Part shown: positions 1 to 10,435 of the stretch, piece by piece | Position numbering within the stretch: the first letter of the stretch is position 1 | How the letters are laid out: each line of letters begins with the position of its first letter | Assembly (NCBI GenBank): GCA_963772555.1 | Contig: CAVYXQ010000028.1 | Coordinates: 27,369 to 91,368 of the forward strand | DNA: 64,000 nt | Direction of reading: 5' to 3' | Source of the DNA: an uncultured Alphaproteobacteria bacterium | Lineage (GTDB): Bacteria > Pseudomonadota > Alphaproteobacteria > Rhizobiales > Beijerinckiaceae | Program-made: the position numbers and the translations under genes | The notes under the pieces: model-generated | What the model was told of the DNA's origin: nothing | The model's database searches: none | The model's input: only the letters and a program-made list of their open reading frames with translations

Positions 1-2
1 TC

Positions 3-725
3 GTCGTTCCCGCCGCCAACTTCGGCTTCGGCTTCGAGTGGCCAAGCGCCGCCGGAATCCTCGTGGTGCTGCTCGTCGGAGCGCTGATCGGCTTCATCAA
101 CGGCTTCATGGTGGTTCATCTGCGCCTCAGCGCTTTCATCGTGACGCTCGCCATGCTGATCATTCTGCGGGGCATGCTGGTCGGCGCGACGAGCGGGCGG
201 ACCCTGTTCGATCTGCCGCAGGCGTTCTATGGGCTGATGATCATCACCTTCCTGGGCCTGCCGCTGGCGGTCTGGCTGGCGGCGTTGGCGTTCCTGGTCG
301 CAGGGCTCATGCTGCGCTACCACCGTCTGGGCCGGGCGCTTTACGCCATCGGCGGCAATCCCGAGGCGGCGCGCGCCGCCGGCATCCGCGTCGAGCGGAT
401 CACCTGGGGCGTCTACGTTCTGGCAGGCGTTCTGGCGGCGGTCGGCGGCCTGGCGATCACCGGCTATGTCGGGGCGATCAGCGCCAATCAGGGGAACGGC
501 CTCATCTTCACCGTCTTCGCCGCCGCGGTCATCGGCGGCATCTCGCTCGACGGCGGCAAGGGCACGATGTTCGGCGCCCTCACCGGCGTCCTGCTCCTCG
601 GCGTCGTGCAAAACCTGTTGACCCTGGCGCAGGTCCCCTCGTTCTGGATCCAGGCGATCTACGGCGCGATCATCCTCGGCTCCCTGATGGTGGCGCGATT
701 CGCCGGCGGCCAGTCGCAGGAATAG
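3..725 (+). CDS. Sugar ABC transporter permease (RbsC/BPD_transp_2 type), 5' end outside window
   Basis: Hydrophobic ORF with the EAA-like loop GRALYAIGGNPEAARAAGI and IAAAVIGG-like motif; frame is open from base 3 with no stop. Confidence 0.9.
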   Translation, partial: VVPAANFGFGFEWPSAAGILVVLLVGALIGFINGFMVVHLRLSAFIVTLAMLIILRGMLVGATSGRTLFDLPQAFYGLMIITFLGLPLAVWLAALAFLVAGLMLRYHRLGRALYAIGGNPEAARAAGIRVERITWGVYVLAGVLAAVGGLAITGYVGAISANQGNGLIFTVFAAAVIGGISLDGGKGTMFGALTGVLLLGVVQNLLTLAQVPSFWIQAIYGAIILGSLMVARFAGGQSQE

Positions 726-817
726 CCGGGTCGGGTTGCGCAAAGCCCGCGACGGAGCGCGGCGCCCGGAAGAGACCCGCGTGTCCGCGCCGCTGTTCCA
801 GGCCGGCGCCAAGGCTC

Positions 818-849
818 TTGACTCCGGACCATGGTACGGACGCTAACCC
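818..849 (+). promoter_or_regulatory. MerR-type promoter/operator
   Basis: TTGACT (818-823), dyad TCCGGACCATGGTACGGA (823-840), candidate -10 TAACCC (844-849); the extended 19-20 bp spacer is typical of MerR-family promoters. Confidence 0.8.
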
Positions 850-868
850 CCATGGCCGGAGGCGAGAG

Positions 869-1315
869 ATGGGCGCGCGCAGAACGATCGGCAAACTGGC
901 GAAGGAGGCCGGCGTCGGGGTCGAGACGGTGCGCTTCTACGAGCGCAAGGGCCTGATCGACCAGCCGCTGTCGGGCGAAGGCTATCGCGACTACGGCGAC
1001 GAGACGCTGGCGGCGGTCCGCTACATCAAGATCGCGCAGAAGATGGGCTTCAGCCTCGCCGATGTCGCCAGGCTCCGCGGCAAGCTCAAGGAGGGCCCGG
1101 GATTCTGCGAGGCGGTGAGGGCGACGGCGCGGCGGCGGCTCGAGACGATCGAGGGCGAGATCGCCGAACTCCGCCGGTTGCAGACCGAGCTGACCGCCTT
1201 TCTCGACCGCTGCGGGCGTCGCTCGCCCGATGCCCCCTGTTCCATTCTCACCGAACTTGCCGCGCTCGACAAAGCCGCGCGGCCGAGACAACGCCAAGGA
1301 GGCCATCGAGCATGA
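869..1315 (+). CDS. MerR-family metal-responsive regulator (Hg(II)-MerR-like)
   Basis: TIGKLAKEAGVGVETVRFYERKGLI HTH; Cys at FCEAVR plus a C-x8-C loop (CGRRSPDAPC); ATG 869 after a GGAGG RBS. Confidence 0.9.
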   Translation: MGARRTIGKLAKEAGVGVETVRFYERKGLIDQPLSGEGYRDYGDETLAAVRYIKIAQKMGFSLADVARLRGKLKEGPGFCEAVRATARRRLETIEGEIAELRRLQTELTAFLDRCGRRSPDAPCSILTELAALDKAARPRQRQGGHRA

Positions 1316-1857
1316 GCATGAATTCCGCGCCGCCGGCCGACGGCGCCCTGATGCTCATCGATTTCCAGGCCGATTTTCTGAACGACGACGGACGGATGCC
1401 GGTCGCCCGCGCCCAGGTTGCGCCCTCGATCGCCGCGGCCGCCGGGGCGCTCGACCTGTTCCGGCGACACGGGCGGCCGGTCATCGCCGTCGGCAACGAG
1501 TTTCGCCGCGGCGACATCGTGATGAACCTGCTGCGCCGCTACGCCAGCATCGAAGGCTCGCCGGGCGCGCGCTGGGACGATCGCCTGCCGCTCGAGGGCG
1601 TCAGATATTTTCCCAAATGGGGCGGCAGCGCCTTCGGCAACCGCGAGCTCGAGCCGTGGCTCAAGCGCCAGGGGATCGGCACGCTCGTCATCGGCGGCCT
1701 GATGGCGCGCGCCTGCGTCAGTGCGACGACCAAGGACGCGATCGCGCGCGGCTTCCGCGTCATGCTGATCGAGCCGGCGATCGCCTGCGCGAGCGACCGT
1801 TCCCGAGCCCGCGCGTTGGCGCGGCTGGAGCGCCGCGGCGCGGCGGCCTTCGCCTGA
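1312..1857 (+). CDS. Cysteine hydrolase (isochorismatase/nicotinamidase family)
   Basis: LIDFQADF (Asp), FPKWGGSAF (Lys), GLMARACVSAT (Cys) catalytic triad motifs; ATGA overlap with the merR stop. Confidence 0.88.
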   Translation: MSMNSAPPADGALMLIDFQADFLNDDGRMPVARAQVAPSIAAAAGALDLFRRHGRPVIAVGNEFRRGDIVMNLLRRYASIEGSPGARWDDRLPLEGVRYFPKWGGSAFGNRELEPWLKRQGIGTLVIGGLMARACVSATTKDAIARGFRVMLIEPAIACASDRSRARALARLERRGAAAFA

Positions 1858-1948
1858 GCTGTTGACGCAATCCCCGATGCGCCGGCGCCGTTTTGGATAC
1901 GGTCGCTGACCGCGTCCGCCGCGATCGGCGCTCGCGGCGGCAAGGCGC

Positions 1949-3400
1949 TCAGCGCTTCATCCGGATCATGAAGTCGACCACCCGGCGCGAAAATCCGCCA
2001 TAGGGCGGCTGCAACAGCATCTGCACCGCCGACAGGCGTCCCTGCTGGAACACCGGGCGCAGCTTCGAGAACGTGTTGAAGCCTTCGCGGCCGTGATAAT
2101 GGCCCATGCCGCTCGCGCCCACCCCGCCAAAGGGCAGGTCGTGCTGGGCGATGTGCAGGATCGCCTCGTTGACCGAGACGCCGCCCGAACGGGTCTGCGC
2201 GATATAGAAGTCGCGCGTCGCGGGATTGTTGGTGAAGGGATAGAGGGCGAGCGGCCGGTCGGCGGCATTGATCGCGTCGACGACCTCCTGCGGCCGATCG
2301 TAAAGCTCGACCGGCAGGATCGGGCCGAAGATCTCGCGCCGCATGATCTCCATGTCGGCGGTCGGCTCGAGAACGAGGTGCGGCGGGAACTTGCGCTTCG
2401 CCGCGTCGGGCGTCTGCCCCTCGGCGAGATCGATCAGGGTCGCCCCCTTGGCGCGCGCGTCGGCGAGCGCCGCGGTCAGCCGGTCATAGGACCGCTGATC
2501 GATGATCGAGGTGAAGTCCGGCCCGTTGATGTCTGGATAACGCTTGGCGAACAGCGCGCGGCAGTGGGCGATGAATTCGCTCTCCGAGCCGCGCGGCAGG
2601 AAGACGTGATCGACCGCGAGGCAGACCTGGCCAGCGTTGAAGGTCTTGGCCCACAGGATGCGCTCGGCGGCGGTCTTGATCGGGAAGTCCGGCGCGACGA
2701 TCGCCGGCGATTTGCCGCCGAGCTCGAGCGTCACCGGCGTCAGGTTGCGCGCCGCGCTGGCCATCACCGCCCTGCCGGTCTGGCCCGAGCCGGTGAAGAT
2801 CAGATGGTCGAACGGCAGCGACGAGAAGGCCGGGCCGCGGCCGCCGCCGTCGGCGAAAAACGCGAGCTTGTCGGCAGGGAAATATTTCGGCGCCGTCTCG
2901 ATCATGAGTTCGGCGAGACGCTGCGAGTTCTCCGACATCTTGACCATCGCCCGGTTGCCGGCGGCGAAAATGCCGACGAGCGGCGCGAAGCTCAGCTGCA
3001 GCGGAAAATTCCACGGCACGATGACGCCGACGACGCCGAGCGGCTGCGGGATGACGCGGTTCTTGGCGCCGGTGAAGACCAGCTGATCGACTTTGCGGCG
3101 GCGCGGCTTCATCCAGCCGCCGACACGCTTGACCGCGTCGTGGACGCCATCGAGCACGGAAAAGATTTCGCCGAACGTCGTCTCGAACGCGCTGCGATTG
3201 CCGTAGTCGGCGTTGATTGCCGTGACGATCGCCGCCTGATTGTCCTTCACCAGCCGGCCGAGCGTCTTGAGATCGGCGACCCGCGCGGCGTGCGAGGGCT
3301 CCGGCGCTTTCAGAAAAGCGGCGCGCTGCGCCGCAAGGCAGGCCTGGAATTCGGCCGGAATGGCGATGTCGGGAAAGGCGAATGCGGGCGCGTTCATCAA
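1949..3400 (-). CDS. Aldehyde dehydrogenase (coniferyl-aldehyde dehydrogenase-like)
   Basis: IVPWNFP, FTGSGQTG, LELGGKSP, NAGQVC, EIFGPILP, PFGGVGASGMG motifs. Confidence 0.92.
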   Translation of the reverse strand: MMNAPAFAFPDIAIPAEFQACLAAQRAAFLKAPEPSHAARVADLKTLGRLVKDNQAAIVTAINADYGNRSAFETTFGEIFSVLDGVHDAVKRVGGWMKPRRRKVDQLVFTGAKNRVIPQPLGVVGVIVPWNFPLQLSFAPLVGIFAAGNRAMVKMSENSQRLAELMIETAPKYFPADKLAFFADGGGRGPAFSSLPFDHLIFTGSGQTGRAVMASAARNLTPVTLELGGKSPAIVAPDFPIKTAAERILWAKTFNAGQVCLAVDHVFLPRGSESEFIAHCRALFAKRYPDINGPDFTSIIDQRSYDRLTAALADARAKGATLIDLAEGQTPDAAKRKFPPHLVLEPTADMEIMRREIFGPILPVELYDRPQEVVDAINAADRPLALYPFTNNPATRDFYIAQTRSGGVSVNEAILHIAQHDLPFGGVGASGMGHYHGREGFNTFSKLRPVFQQGRLSAVQMLLQPPYGGFSRRVVDFMIRMKR

Positions 3401-3548
3401 TTCCTCCCGGCTTTGGCGGTCATAAGCCGCTTGGTTCCTTGGTCAGGTCAGGACTCGTACGACATTCCATGTTCGCGTAAAGGCGATGTTGACCCGGCGC
3501 CGATCAACATAAAGCCGGGCTTGGCGTGAAACGCAAAAGGAAGTCGAA

Positions 3549-3881
3549 ATGTCGCTCTACATGTACCAGTTCGCCTATACGCCCAATTCCTGGGCCGCGC
3601 AGATCAAGCACCCGGAAAATCGCATCGAAAGCGTCGGTCACAAGAGCTGCGAGGCCGCCGGCGGAAAGTTCATCGGCGGGTGGCTGTGCTTTGGCGAATA
3701 CGACGCCGTGCTGATCGCAGACATGCCGAACGAGGAGAGCATGGCCGCGATGGCGCTGGCGATCGCCGCCGGAGGGGCGCTCAAGGCCAGCAAAACGACA
3801 CAGCTTATCTCCGGCGCCCAGGGCGTCGAGGCTCTGAAGAAAGCGGCGCATGTCGCAAAGACCTATAAGCCGGCGCATTAG
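3549..3881 (+). CDS. GYD-domain protein
   Basis: 110 aa with the family pattern (GGKFIGGWLCFGEYDAVLIADMP...TTQL); GGAAG RBS. Confidence 0.8.
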   Translation: MSLYMYQFAYTPNSWAAQIKHPENRIESVGHKSCEAAGGKFIGGWLCFGEYDAVLIADMPNEESMAAMALAIAAGGALKASKTTQLISGAQGVEALKKAAHVAKTYKPAH

Positions 3882-4086
3882 GCGCTCGCCAATAGGCTGG
3901 GATGAGCGGCATTCTCGAGGCCGCTCATCGTCAGAGGGCCGGCCTGGCGGCTCGTCTGGCGGCGCCCGATGAAGCGTCGTTGGTTTCGTCGCACAAGCGC
4001 GAACCGCGCTTGGCGCTGGCCAGGATGGCGGAGGGCGCTTCCCTGCGAACTGGGCGGCGCTGGATGCTGGACGATGACGGACCGGG

Positions 4087-4932
4087 CTAACCACCTGCCA
4101 GTCCCGTCCGCTGCTCGGCCACGGCGACCGCGAGCGTCATCGCGAGGCAAAAGGTCGCCGCGAGCGAGCGGAACTTGCCGAAGTCGCTCTCGACGATCTC
4201 GAAGCGGACGTCGGCGAGGCCGGCGAGCGGCGACAGCGCGCTGTCGGTGACGACGACGGTCGGCACGCCGCTTCGCCGGGCGCGCCTGGCGAAGTCGAGA
4301 GTGAACGGCGAATAGGGCGCGAAGCTGATGGCGATCAGCGCGTCGCCCGCGCCGGCGCCGGCGAACTGTTCCGGGCCGAGGCCGCCGACGTTGTCGATGA
4401 GGCGCGCCTGGACGCCGAGCTGCGCCAGCGCATAGGTCAGGTAGTGGGCGACGCTGAACGAGCGCCGTTGGCCGAGGCAATAGATCGTCTCTGCCCGGGC
4501 AAGGAGCCCGATCGCCCGGTCGAGGTCGCGCCGCTGCACGCCTTCGCGCAGGCGGGCGATCGAGGCGGCTGCCGAATCGGCGAAGCCGTTGAGCAGGCTC
4601 GTCGGGTCGCCGCTGTCGCGCGCCTTCTCGTGCAGCGCCTTGAGGCGTTCGGAATAATCGGGCCAGCGGTTGCGCAGATGCGAGCGAAACACTTCCTGCA
4701 GGTCGGAGAAGCCGGCGAATCCGAGGGTCTGGGCGAAACGCACCAGGGTCGAGGCTTGCACGTCGGCGCTGCGCGCGATGGCCGAGGCGGTGCCCAGAGC
4801 GAATTCGTCCGGATGTTCGAGCGCATAGGTCGCCGCCTGCCGGAGCCGCTTGGGCAGATGCGGCTCGATCTCGATCAGACGGCCCTTCAGCGCCTCGAAA
4901 CTGTCCGGCGGCTCCGTGAGGTCGCTATCCAT
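4087..4932 (-). CDS. MurR/RpiR-family regulator (IolR-like)
   Basis: N-terminal HTH (VQASTLVRFAQTLGFAGFSDLQ) and SIS domain (CLGQRRSF, ISFAPYS, VVVTDSALSPL). Confidence 0.9.
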   Translation of the reverse strand: MDSDLTEPPDSFEALKGRLIEIEPHLPKRLRQAATYALEHPDEFALGTASAIARSADVQASTLVRFAQTLGFAGFSDLQEVFRSHLRNRWPDYSERLKALHEKARDSGDPTSLLNGFADSAAASIARLREGVQRRDLDRAIGLLARAETIYCLGQRRSFSVAHYLTYALAQLGVQARLIDNVGGLGPEQFAGAGAGDALIAISFAPYSPFTLDFARRARRSGVPTVVVTDSALSPLAGLADVRFEIVESDFGKFRSLAATFCLAMTLAVAVAEQRTGLAGG

Positions 4933-4982
4933 TGCATCCCCTTGTCCCCGGACGCCGGCGCTTGCCGCGTTCTCCGGAAATA

Positions 4983-5001
4983 GGAATAGAACGAATATTC
5001 C
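4983..5001. promoter_or_regulatory. Candidate IolR-type operator GGAA-N11-TTCC
   Basis: GGAATAGAACGAATATTCC in the AT-rich gap between the divergent RpiR and oxidoreductase genes; fits the GGAA-N5-11-TTCC motif described for rhizobial IolR. Confidence 0.5.
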
Positions 5002-5051
5002 AAATTGTGTAGAGAGCGAAATATTTGTTTTGGCGGCGGGAGGCGAGGCTC

Positions 5052-6182
5052 ATGGAAACCATCGGCGTCGGATTGATCGGCTCGGGTTTTATGGGCAAGT
5101 GCCATGCGCTCGCCTGGACCAGCGTCCGCGCCGTCTTCGGCGATACCCCGCCCATCCGGCGGGTCGCGCTCTGCGAGGCCGAGGAGAGCCTCGCCCGCCA
5201 GCGGGCGGACGAGTTCGGCTTCGAGGCCGCGACCACCGACTGGAAGGCGCTGATCGCGAACCCGCAGGTCGATGTCGTTTCGATCACGACGCCGAACGCC
5301 TGGCACGCGCCCATGGCGATCGCGGCGCTGGAGGCAGGCAAACACGTCTGGTGCGAAAAGCCGATGGCGCCGTCGCTGGCCGAAGCCGAGCGCATGGCGG
5401 CGGCGGCGCGGGCGAGCGGCCGCGTCGCCATTCTCGGCTACAACTACATCCAGAGCCCGGCGGTCCGTTACATCGGCAGATTGATCGACGAGGGGGCGAT
5501 CGGACGGGTGACGCATTTTCGGATCGAGATGGATGAAGACTACATGGCCGACGCCGAGGCGCCCTATTCCTGGCGCAGCGACGCGAGCTCCGGCCTCGGC
5601 GCGCCCGATGATTTCGCCGTCCATCCGATGAGCCTGGTTGCGACCCTGATCGGCATGCCGCGCGAGGTCTTCGGCGAACTGGCCAAGCCTTTCGCCGACC
5701 GCCCGGATGGAGCGGGGCGTCGCGCCGTCGAAACGTTCGACATTGCGACGGCGCTCCTGCGCATGGGCGACGGAACGTCGGGAACGATCCAGGTCAGCCG
5801 CTCGGCCTGGGGCCGCAAAGGCCGCATCCAGCTGCAGATTTTCGGCGCGCGCGGGGCGATCTTTTTTGATCAGGAGCGGTTGAACGAGGTCGGCGTCTAT
5901 CTCGCCGACGGACCGGCGGACGACCAGGGCGTCAAGACGGTGCTGATGGGCCCCGCCCATCCGCCCTACGAGCGATTCATCCCGGCGCCCGGCCACCAGT
6001 TGGGCTTCAACGACCTCAAGATCATCGAGGCTCACGAGCTCCTGAACCGCATCGCCGGCAAGGACTCTCTAGCCATCAATTTCGACCAGGGCCTCGCCAT
6101 CGAGCGTGTCATCCTGGCGATTGCGCGCTCGCATCGCGAAGGACGGTGGCAGGATGCGACAGGCGACAAGCCATTCCTCTGA
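5052..6182 (+). CDS. Gfo/Idh/MocA oxidoreductase (inositol dehydrogenase-like)
   Basis: GLIGSGFMG, GKHVWCEKPM, ILGYNY motifs; divergent from the RpiR regulator. Confidence 0.88.
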   Translation: METIGVGLIGSGFMGKCHALAWTSVRAVFGDTPPIRRVALCEAEESLARQRADEFGFEAATTDWKALIANPQVDVVSITTPNAWHAPMAIAALEAGKHVWCEKPMAPSLAEAERMAAAARASGRVAILGYNYIQSPAVRYIGRLIDEGAIGRVTHFRIEMDEDYMADAEAPYSWRSDASSGLGAPDDFAVHPMSLVATLIGMPREVFGELAKPFADRPDGAGRRAVETFDIATALLRMGDGTSGTIQVSRSAWGRKGRIQLQIFGARGAIFFDQERLNEVGVYLADGPADDQGVKTVLMGPAHPPYERFIPAPGHQLGFNDLKIIEAHELLNRIAGKDSLAINFDQGLAIERVILAIARSHREGRWQDATGDKPFL

Positions 6183-6330
6183 TCGCGCCCCATTCCTGGC
6201 TGTTTACGGCGCCAGACCATTGCGCGGCGGGGATCCCCGCGGGCGTTCAGCGCGTCATCGATTCCCCGGGCTCACGGCCGCTGCCGGAGCTGGCGCGCGG
6301 TGGTGCACCGCGCGGAACGCTGGAGTGACC

Positions 6331-7929
6331 ATGAAACGGAACCCATGGTGGCAGAAGGCAGTAATCTACCAAGTGTATCCACGGTCGTTTCAGGACTCGA
6401 ATGGGGACGGCGTCGGCGATCTCAAGGGGATTTCGCAACGACTTGAGCACCTGGTGCGTCTCGGAATCGACGCGGTTTGGATCTCTCCCATTTTTCCCTC
6501 GCCGATGCAGGACTTTGGGTACGACGTCAGCGACTATTGCGCCATCCACCCGCTTTTCGGTTCGCTGGCCGACTTCGACGCGCTCCTCAAGTCCGCGCAT
6601 GCGCGCGGCCTCAAGATCATCCTTGATTTTGTGCCGAACCACACCTCGGACCAACATCACTGGTTTCGAGAGAGCCGCTCCTCGAAGTTCAATCGAAAGC
6701 GGGACTGGTATGTCTGGCGAGACGCTAAGCCTGACGGTTCCCCGCCAAACAACTGGGAGAGCGAGTTTGGCGGCCCGGCTTGGACTTTCGACGAAGCGAC
6801 CGGTCAATACTACTACCACGCGTACCTGAAGGACCAGCCTGACCTCAATTGGCGCAATCCCGAAGTGGAGCAAGCAATGTGCGATGTGCTCCGGTTCTGG
6901 TTCGACCGCGGGGTCGACGGGTTCCGGGTGGATGCAATCCACCATCTCCACGAGGATGAGGAGGACCGGGACAACCCTCCCAACCCCGATTGGCGGCCAG
7001 GGATGGCGCCGAACACGCGCTGGCTGCAAATCAGAACGATCGATCAACCGGGCGTGCAGGCTTCAATCAAGGCGATGCGACGGGTAGCTGACGCCTATCC
7101 GGATCGGCTCATGGTTGGAGAGGCTTATCTGCCCATCGACCGTCTGATGGCCTATTATGGGGCGGACCTGACCGGCTTCCACTTGCCTTTCAACTTCCAC
7201 CTGATTTCGACCGAGTGGAAGCCGAAGCCCATCGCCTGCCTCATCGAAGCCTACGAAGCGGCGTTGCCGCCGGGGGGATGGCCGAATTGGGTGCTCGGCA
7301 ACCACGACAGATCTCGCGTCGCGAGCCGGGTTGGACGGCCGCAGGCCCGGGTCGCGGCCATGCTGCTGCTTACGCTGAGGGGAACGCCGACGATTTACCA
7401 GGGCGAGGAGATTGGCATGGTGGACACTCCGATTCCGCCCTACCTGGTGCAGGACCCGTTCGAGCGGAACGTCCCGGGTTTCGGCCTCGGGCGCGACCCC
7501 GTGCGCACGCCCATGCCGTGGAGCTCCGAACCGCATGGCGGCTTTACTAAAGGGCGACCCTGGCTCCCTCTCAGTGCGGACGCGGACGTGCTGAACGTCT
7601 CAAACCAGGCTGACGATCCGCGTTCGGTGTTGTCGCTCTACCGAGCGCTCATCCGTCTCCGTCGCGACAGCGACGTGCTGTCGGTCGGCGACTTGAGGCT
7701 TTTGGAAGCCACTCAGCACGTGCTCGCCTACGAACGTCGGCTCGGAGGCCAGCGGATGGTGGTCGCGCTCAACATGACGGGACAAGCGCGGGCCTTGCGG
7801 GTCGGAAAACCGACTTACGAAATGCTGCTTTCGACATATCTCGACGATGCCCGCCCCATGAAGGACGAGGAGATCTGCCTGCGCGCCGACGAAGGTCTCC
7901 TCCTGCGCGCGCAGGAGGATGTCAGTTAG
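6331..7929 (+). CDS. GH13 alpha-glucosidase / oligo-1,6-glucosidase
   Basis: WWQKAVIYQVYPRSFQDSNGDGVGD, DFVPNHTSD, GVDGFRVDA, MVGEAY, LGNHD catalytic regions. Confidence 0.93.
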   Translation: MKRNPWWQKAVIYQVYPRSFQDSNGDGVGDLKGISQRLEHLVRLGIDAVWISPIFPSPMQDFGYDVSDYCAIHPLFGSLADFDALLKSAHARGLKIILDFVPNHTSDQHHWFRESRSSKFNRKRDWYVWRDAKPDGSPPNNWESEFGGPAWTFDEATGQYYYHAYLKDQPDLNWRNPEVEQAMCDVLRFWFDRGVDGFRVDAIHHLHEDEEDRDNPPNPDWRPGMAPNTRWLQIRTIDQPGVQASIKAMRRVADAYPDRLMVGEAYLPIDRLMAYYGADLTGFHLPFNFHLISTEWKPKPIACLIEAYEAALPPGGWPNWVLGNHDRSRVASRVGRPQARVAAMLLLTLRGTPTIYQGEEIGMVDTPIPPYLVQDPFERNVPGFGLGRDPVRTPMPWSSEPHGGFTKGRPWLPLSADADVLNVSNQADDPRSVLSLYRALIRLRRDSDVLSVGDLRLLEATQHVLAYERRLGGQRMVVALNMTGQARALRVGKPTYEMLLSTYLDDARPMKDEEICLRADEGLLLRAQEDVS

Positions 7930-8302
7930 CGGGGCTTTGGCCGGCGATCCTTGCGCTCGGGCATTGGAGTTTGACGTGACGAGCCCCGTCAGTCCCCCTC
8001 CGGTTCAGGGCGGCGCTGGAAACGAGCTTCCTGCCTATGTCGCAAACCGGGTTGTCGGCCTCCGCGTTCGCGCGATACCGCTCGCTGCCGGGCTGACTCT
8101 CCTGAGCGGGTACTCGGGGAGCATCCGCAGCGTCTGATCGAAGCGATCGCGGTCGCGCCGTGCCCGGTCGCCGGCGACATCCAGCTCGCAGGCGTGTGGC
8201 TGTCGGACGCGCCCCACGCCGCCACGGCGATCGATCAGGCTTACGATTTCGCGACCGGGGAATTGATGAGCCGTGGCGTCCGTAACTTTCCCTGAAAAGG
8301 CC

Positions 8303-10190
<1,888 letters not shown>

Positions 10191-10329
10191 CGCTGGGTCC
10201 CGGATCGTCCCCCGGCGCTTTTTTTCGCCGTGGCTCTTGTGGCCGGCGAAGGTTTGCGTCTATACCGCCGCCCGCCTAACTTTCGGCGCTTCTCCCCAAA
10301 CGAAGACGCCGGCGTAAATTTCGGAAAAT

Positions 10330-10405
<76 letters not shown>

Positions 10406-10409
10406 GCTA

Positions 10410-10422
10410 AATCAATGACTTA
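10410..10422 (+). promoter_or_regulatory. IHF-binding consensus next to the tRNA 3' end
   Basis: AATCAATGACTTA is an exact WATCAANNNNTTR match, starting 5 bp after the CCA. Confidence 0.55.
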
Positions 10423-10435
10423 ATGAGGGCGTTGT

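Noticed and set aside
2093-3529. Long antisense ORFs (also 8273-9742, 18126-19877, 38992-40356, 40484-41953, 42838-44193, 61238-62998)
   Set aside because: They overlap well-supported genes on the opposite strand, show no family motifs, and are expected in stop-poor high-GC DNA.
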